Below are positions 56,446 to 64,000 of a stretch of 64,000 nt of DNA, piece by piece. Below the pieces are notes generated by a model that was not told the DNA's origin, did no database searches, and saw nothing but the letters and a program-made list of their open reading frames with translations. Position 1 is the stretch's first letter, and every line of letters begins with the position of its first letter. The translations under genes were made by a program, and so were the position numbers. Source of the DNA: the human T2T-CHM13v2.0 reference genome, Homo sapiens; NCBI RefSeq assembly GCF_009914755.1, contig NC_060927.1, one strand, 5' to 3'.

Positions 56446-57359
56446 GTTTTCTCATGTATGTCTTATGGTTTTGCTGGTGATGGACCAATAGTCATCTTCC
56501 ATCTTCACTTTAGAGGTGGGGGAAAAGGGCATTAGAGTGATTGTGTGGTAAAATCCACTCTAATTCTAGCTGTGAGAAAAAGAGCGGTGAAAATGTGGTA
56601 AGCAATTGCTTCTAAAAAGCTTGGACTAAAAGCGCTTGATGGATTTGTGCTGGCTTCCCGGTAGACTCATCTCTGTACTGCCCGCACAGCACAATTAATT
56701 GTTGTTACTAGAGAAGGAACAAATAAAGAAAAGAGAGAGAGCAGACATAAAAACATCCTTTCATCTTTCTGAAGACAGTCCCCTTTGTCAGATCAGTGGA
56801 GCTGTACCTGTGAATCACCTTGGGAAAGCACAGTGTGGGTAACTAGAAGGAAGGTCTTGTGGCTCATTTTGTACCCACTTCCTGGGCTGGGGAAATATCT
56901 AAACTAACCTTTCTTACTTGTCAATATCTACTACCGTTCACCATGCATCTTCACAGATGAGGGCCTCTTTCTCACATCTTCACTCCAAACACATTACTGT
57001 GTAGACAGCCACTTATTTTCTGGGAAGAAAACTTTGCAAAGCAGTAGCAGAATAAAGTCGAGGGTAAACAGAGGCCATGGAAAAGCACTAGAGTTTGAGT
57101 GCAGAGACATGAGTCTGAGCATGAGCAGTGAATAGCTCATGAAACACTCAAGTTGCATTCTCCTTAGGTGGAAATAAAATAAGTCATGGTTGTTCTATGC
57201 ACGTGGCACCTGACCTTGGGTCCTTATTGCTATGCTGCTAGAGTCTATGAATCAAGATTTGCCAGTTGTGATCTTGAAATTTAGTCAGATTAAAAGGGAA
57301 CTCTGACTTTGAGGGTGAATGCCCCAAGTGGGCATCTTATTCTCCTATGGATTCAGCTT

Positions 57360-57585
57360 GTTAGGCAGAATGGAAGTGGAGGTCATAGATTTTAGGGTTT
57401 TCTCCTGGGATTGAATCCAGCTGAAGCAGGAATGATTCTGGGTGAGCTATATAACGTCTCTGAGCATTAGTTTGTCATTTTCTTACATAGGAATAGAGTT
57501 ATTGCCAGATTTGGAGATAGTACATGTTGCAATGTGGTTGACACAGAATAAGCTTTCAATAAATGATTGGTATTGTTGTTGTTGT
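57360..57585 (+). mobile_element. MIR
   Basis: CCTGGGATTGAATCCAGCT..CTCTGAGCATTAGTTT..CACAGAATAAGCTTTCAATAAATG. Confidence 0.7.
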
Positions 57586-58346
57586 CGTTATTATCTATAA
57601 CTACAATAATTTCCCTAGCCTTATTTTATAGGGATAGGTTGTGGCAACATGAAATGTGACTTGGAAAACTGATTTGCACTAGATAGATAGAAACCATGTT
57701 TTTCTATCTATATAATGAACAATGTCATTTAAGAAAGCTTAGAGGCAATTCCACCAGCACCATCTTCTTTTTTATTTCCATTCCTAGATTATTTGCCCTC
57801 AAGTCTTTGGTAATTTCTTTTTGCCACATCTCTTGAATGTTTCTTCTTTACTATATTCCATCTATTATTACCATAAGTCCAACGTTCATCACCTCCTGCT
57901 CCACTGTTGTTCCTGTCTCCTGGCTCTCCTAGAGCCTTGGTTCTCAAAGTGTCATTCACAGAGCAGCAGCATCACCCGAAATGCGTCATCTCAAGATCTA
58001 CCAAGACCTCCTGAAGCATGAGGCATGTTCACCCCCGTGTTGTAGGACCTCCATATAACTCATTTAACTACTTCTCCTGCTCAGAGTACATGCTTGGCCA
58101 GTGCGTGTTTGTTCTGCCTCCAGAATGTTTTCTGACTCTGATTGCTATCATTACTTCTTTTGAATCTACCTAAATTCAAGTTACCATCCATTGCCATGAC
58201 TATGGCAATAGTCTCTGAAATTGTCTTCTACTTTTATGGTTTCCCCTTGTGGCCTTTTTCCACACCATCTGGAGAGATCTAAAATTGTTGGTCAGATCAT
58301 ATCACACCCCTCCCCTTAAGCCATACGGTGGCTGCTGTAGTATCTG

Positions 58347-58446
58347 CAGAAGGTCCCTGACTTATGATGGTTTGACTTACAATTTGTCCACTTCACACTG
58401 AGTTTATCTGGGTGTAACCAACCCCATAGAAATCAAGGAGCATCTG
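58347..58446. mobile_element. Tigger-family MITE (MER47/Tigger5-like, ~100 bp)
   Basis: Imperfect terminal inverted repeats CAGAAGGTCCCTGACTTA.../...AAATCAAGGAGCATCTG, followed by TA. Confidence 0.7.
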
Positions 58447-58496
58447 TAGAAATGTTTGAAAGGCCCTTTCATGGCCTGCAAAGCCCTGTGAGATGA

Positions 58497-58857
<361 letters not shown>

Positions 58858-60889
58858 TAATCTGTAGACACACTGACCTTCCTTTAGCCCTCTGTATAAG
58901 CCAAGCTTTTTCCCACTTGATCTTTCTCTGATTCTGTGCAAAACTGGCTTGGAAGTATCTTTCAAGGCTTAGCTCAAATGTTAAAGCCTTACCTAGCTCT
59001 TCCCCATTCTTTAGCTAAAGTAGCACACATACCCCCCTCCCCATCATTCTTCTGTCATTATCTTGCTTTATAGTCTACAAAGCATGTATGGTTCTCTAAA
59101 AGAGTGATTACCATGCTTTTGTTTTCTTTATGTACATTGCAAACTGTTTTGGTGAGAAATATTTTAGTAATAATAATAATGGTGAAGATTTAGTGAGTGT
59201 TTGCTATAGGCTAGGCACACTGTATGGTAAATTAAATAATTTAATAGATCATTTATTTGGATTATTTCATTCTATTTAGCTGATTATATATTTATATTTT
59301 TTGTGTTCCTCTTGTTTTAGGATATCAGCTTCTTGAGAGCAGGGTCCATGTTTGTTGCATCTGTATCTCCGCCTGTAGAAGATTCTCTGGCATAGGGATT
59401 TTTGTGCAGGAAGTGTTTATTCAGGAACTGAATGGATCTCAGAAGATTATCATTTGGGAATAGATCTACATGACAAGAAAGAACAAAGAGTCTCTCTCAT
59501 TCTTTTTCCCAGATATATCCCGGGAGAAAATACCCTCGACTTTTTCTTATCTTTAATCTGAGAAGGAAGCAGTTGTTGGAATCTGATTTAGGATTGGCTC
59601 TAGTGGCCCTGTGTGCAGACACAGATCTTGGGATTCATCTGACCATTTGGGGAGAGAGGTTCTTGAGGGGCACCTTGATGATAACGAGTCTTTCTAAAGC
59701 TTTAAGTTTGGCGTTTGAGGTGGTTGGAAATACCAGGTCTTCCGACTTTTACGTTCTTTGTGCGCACGCTGGTGATGTGCGTATGTGAACCTTTATTATT
59801 ATGGACTCAGCCAGCAGTAACCATGGTGAGTAGACCTATCACACAGCATTTTTCTGAGTCAGTTTAAAATGCTGACAATTAAATATACCGTACTCTTTTA
59901 AGCAATCCATCAGTCTCTCTTGTTGTCATGGTGACCGGAGTATATTTAGAAATGTGACAAGTACACTGAGTTCAATTGCACTTTTGCCAAAACATAGTTT
60001 TGCAGCTAAAATTGAATTTCCTGATTGAAGATCCAAGTGCTGTTAAGGGGGCATGATCGTTTCTATACATTATTCTGGAAGTATAACTTAACGTTATTCT
60101 GTTAAATCCACAGTTACGAGTCTTATCAGGTATTGATAGTTAAAGTGGTTGTACTTAAAGTTGATGAAATAAAGTGAAATAAAAGTGACATGATGCTTTT
60201 TCTATTGAAAATGAAACTGGGCCTTACTAATATAACTAGTTTAATGATTAGTTTCTTTATATATTTATAAAGACATTGTAGGTATGTACCTGTCTGTTCT
60301 TCAGAATTATATTTCTAATTTAAAATTATATATCATGGAGATCCTCCCCTGTTTCCTGCTTGTATTCTATTCTTAGTATTGTGAGGGCATTCTTTTTTCT
60401 TTGGGTCTGACCTCTGTTTGATAAGCATTCTTATTTTTCCTCAATCTCAATTCTTCTGGATTTTAAATGAAGTAAAGAGACACAATGAACGTGACTTTTT
60501 GCCCAAACAAAGGAAAAACGAAACTCTTCTCTTTATTCAAGAATGTAGATTAAATTCTTACTTTCTTATCATCCTCTGTCCTGTCAACATAGTGCTGAGA
60601 ATGATGTTGTGTATCAACTCATTTGACCACATAAAGTTTAGGAATTAATGTAGTGGCTGGGTCATGATTACAACACTGATTTCATTCCTGGCCAAAGACT
60701 GATTCTTCTGCTCTTGAGGTGAGAAAAGCCAGTACTCCTGGATACTTTCGCTTCTCTATTTTTATCTAACTGAATGAGTCTGCAACTGGGATAGTTTATG
60801 AGCCTCTAATAATATACGGTTAGACTACCATTATCTCTTTCGTGAACATTGCCAAAAGTGTTTTTTTGGTAAGAGATATCTTAGTTATA

Positions 60890-61120
60890 ATAACAGTTTG
60901 TAGGATTTATGGAGTGTTTACTACATGCTAGGCACTGTATATAGTAAGCTCCTTAATGGATCCTTATATTGGATCTACACAGAAATCTTATGAGGTAGTT
61001 CCCATTGTATTCTTATTTTACGTTAAAGAAACAGGTTTGGAGAGATACTGTCTTTTGAAGAAGCATATAAGTGGAGCAGTAGTGGAGTCTGAATTCTGAT
61101 ACAGGTCCTAGTAACCACTG
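60890..61120 (-). mobile_element. MIR
   Basis: ATTTATGGAGTGTTTACTACATGCTAGGCACTGT..CTTATGAGGTAG..ATTTTAC..GAAACAGG. Confidence 0.7.
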
Positions 61121-61356
61121 CCTGTTCCATGGAAGGCACACAGTGAGTATTTTTTTTACTGACCAGTGGCCTCTTGTATGGTGACATCATACAGATGTTT
61201 CAGTGTTTCCAGAGGCTCAAGAAAGTAGCAGCTATATAAAGATAGACAGGTAGCAGCGTCTGAAAGTAGAGATGAGCTACTCTTTATCTTTCCTAGTGGT
61301 TTAGAGCCAAAGTAGATTAGTGCTAGGGAGAGAGGGAACATAAGTCCTGTCTAGTT

Positions 61357-62702
61357 CAGTGGTTTCATCTCTGAACTCCTTTATGTTCTTAAAAATGAGC
61401 TTTTGTTTGCATGCATTATGTATAATGATATTTACCATATTCAAAAAAGTAAGAAATGAAACTACAATTTTAATGAAAAATATTTGTATAAAAAATAAAT
61501 ATATTTGTGAAAAAATAGTGACAAAAGTGGGAGCTGGATTCTGCATTTAATTTGTTGTGAAATATTGTTTTGATTGATGTTTATGAAGAAAATCCAGCCT
61601 CTCACAGCTATGTATTTGAAAAAGGAAGGATAAAAAGTAATTGTGGATTTTCTTCTTTGATACTATACCAAAACTTGACAGTTTTCACATTACCTAAAGT
61701 TAGTAGTTTCTTATAGGTTAGTTTCAATGTGGAATGTGAAATCATATTAATGGACTTTTTATACCCTATTATATTAAAATCCATTGGTCAAATTTTCACT
61801 TTGATTGAGTCTCCTATGATTTTGTAAAATCATGCATTGGTCATTTAGAAAGTCGTTGGTCACTCACTTATTCAGTTCTTGCAAACACTGATCATTTCAT
61901 TCTATAATATAAAAAGTCATCTTCATTAATATCACTGCTCATTCATCAAAAAAGCATTTGAAATATTAGAAAGGTGTCAAGTGCACAGTAGTAGATGTAA
62001 GGTTTTCAAAATTCTGATTTTTACTTGAAAACATGAATTTTATTTTTGGCTACAAATACTGTTGTTTTCCTTGAAACGATAAGCTCTCTTGCTTTATTTT
62101 TGAGAAAATCTCCGGCAAAACCCACATTTAAAGAACCATAGTTCGTCAGTCATTGTTTCAAATAAAAATGATGTTCCATGAAAAAAGCGATTGGTTAGCA
62201 GCTGTCAATTTAAACAGTTACACAAAGTGCATTTCTTAGAGACAATCATCGTAGTTTGATCTTCAGCAGGTGTTTCATGGTACTTCCCAGAGGTCACACA
62301 GAATGTAAAAAAGATGTGTACTCAAGAATATTAAAAATATGTCTACTTTTTGATTATGCTAACATTTTATGTGATCAGGTTTCTTTAGTAAAACCTAGTC
62401 AGACAGTACTCAAGGACTGAGATTTAATAAGATTGATACGTTTCAATGCATTAAAGAGAGTCTTAAGTGAAACTGGCTCCCTGTCCCGCTTATTGTATGT
62501 GTCTTACAGTGAAATCACTCCCTTGATTCACTTTAAGACTGCAACAGTTTTTTTACCCACTGTTATTTTTGTAGCATTAATGTAAATTTCAACACAGGGA
62601 AACGGCTTCTTAGTATGATTATGAAAATAATTTTGAACTTGTGGACTCTTGAAAGGTCTAAGGGACTCCTACACATGTATGGGTCACACATTAACAGCCA
62701 CT
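61357..62702 (-). mobile_element. Charlie1 (Charlie1a/b) hAT DNA transposon relic
   Basis: GAAGAAAATCCAGCCTC..ACCAAAACTTGACA..ATTAAAATCCATTGGTC..GTTCCATGAAAAAAGCG..TCTTAAGTGAAACTGGC..TTATGAAAATAATTTTGA; no intact transposase ORF. Confidence 0.85.
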
Positions 62703-62917
62703 CATTGAGTCCAGTCCCTTCATTTGACAGGAGAGGAGAGTGGTGGAAAGATGTGTCTAAGATGGCAGCACAAGTTAGTGGCGGAGCTGGGACAAGAACC
62801 TATTGTTACTTAACTCTTCTTTCTTTTCTTTTGATTTCCTGCTCCACTTTCAGGAATTTAAAGGTAACTCAAGGAATTCCAAACTTCTTTGTCAGAGATG
62901 GTGATGACAAATATATA

Positions 62918-63144
62918 TAGTTTGTATATCTTTTATCTGAAATGCTTGGGATCAAAAGTGTTTCAGACATCAGATTTTTCCTAATTTTGGAATATTTTCA
63001 TTAAACTTACTGGTTTACATTCCTGATCAAAAAACATGAAACCCAAAATGCCCCAGTGAGCTTTCAGCGTCCTGTCTGTCCTTGAAACTTCTGGATTTTG
63101 GAGCATTTTGAATTTCAGATTTTGGGTTAGGGATACAAAACCTG
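62918..63144. mobile_element. Tigger4a (MER46A/Zombi) MITE
   Basis: ATCTGAAATGCTTGGGA..TTTTGGAATATTT..GGATTTTGGAGCATTT..TTAGGGATAC..ACCTG|TA. Confidence 0.85.
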
Positions 63145-64000
63145 TATAATTATTGAACTTTTTGGGAATAATTCCGTTTTTTAAAAAATGTTAAACCTTT
63201 TGCATATTTTCCCTACTCTCCGCTCACCACTACTATCTCTTCTGCTTTTCAATGGTAACCACTCATGCCTTTTTAAACAAAACATGTGTTGTATTTGCCA
63301 AGACACAGGGGAAGCGAAGTTAAAGGTACAGTTGACTGTTCATTTTCTGAATAAGATGGAATTCTAGCTTTGTGGGGAAGGAAGAATCAGTGAGTTTTCG
63401 TTGAAGGACCCATGCCATTCTTTACCTAAATTAAAGTTGTTAAAAGTCACAGGAAAGAAAATTGTGCAAGCAATTATCATCCTTTATATCACTATAACCC
63501 ATCTTACTAGGCAAACTGTGCCCTTTGCTCCCCAATTATTCTCTATTAAAGTTTCTTGCTCTCCCTCCCCATCCTTCTCTTTCTCTCTCCCTGTCTCCTC
63601 CCCTTTCCTTCTAGAAAGAGGTTGCCCAATAAAACTTGCTCTTAACTTTGCTTTTGGTTATGTTGATATTTTATGTGACTTGTTTTCTTCACTAAACAGT
63701 AGTCAGTCTATGAGACTGTATTGAAGAATGCTGAGAAAGTCAATAGAAGTGGACTTAGAATACTACATGTTCTTTTAAATATGTCTCTTATGTTATAGAG
63801 TAACTTTTTGGGGAGCTAAGGTTTGCAGACAATGCTGCGTGTGAACATATGTGAGTAAATCTGATAAGCTGTGGAAGGAGGCTTGCAAACTTTCAAATGT
63901 ATTGTGCTTTCATTTTCAACTTAATTGGATGTTCTTTTGCAAGGTCTTGTTTTTTTCCTAGTTCTCATTCACCGTTCAGTTGCCTTCCCCCACCTGTGAG

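Noticed and set aside
61357-62702. Possible domesticated hAT transposase
   Set aside because: No long ORF on either strand; a degraded Charlie1 relic.

Overview
Primate (almost certainly human) non-coding genomic DNA. It is about half interspersed repeats: ~25 Alu copies or fragments spanning AluJ to a very young AluYa-type, many MIR and L2 relics, old L1M segments, one L1PA 3' end, MaLR/ERV1 LTRs, and hAT/Tigger DNA transposon relics. No ORF in the track is a credible stand-alone gene; they are Alu frames, low-complexity frames or chance ORFs. T-tract and old-L1 orientation bias suggest a long intron of a + strand gene. PBX1 intron 2 is an unverified recollection, since no canonical exon lies in the window. 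I found no novel multi-gene system. The best observations are: (1) a ~0.4 kb micro-inversion at 17.3-17.8 kb, inferred from an inverted 13-bp target-site duplication (TSD), that splits an Alu and leaves a ~140-bp Alu fold-back; (2) a perfect 73-bp tandem duplication with a templated junction, plus other repair-like scars at 46-49 kb; (3) a near-consensus AluYa4/5-type insertion; (4) candidate cryptic or terminal exons at 28.6 and 50.5 kb; (5) homeodomain/TALE/SOX-POU motif-rich unique blocks at 13.3 and 21.3 kb. Repeat subfamily calls were made by eye against remembered consensus sequences, and boundaries of old elements are approximate.
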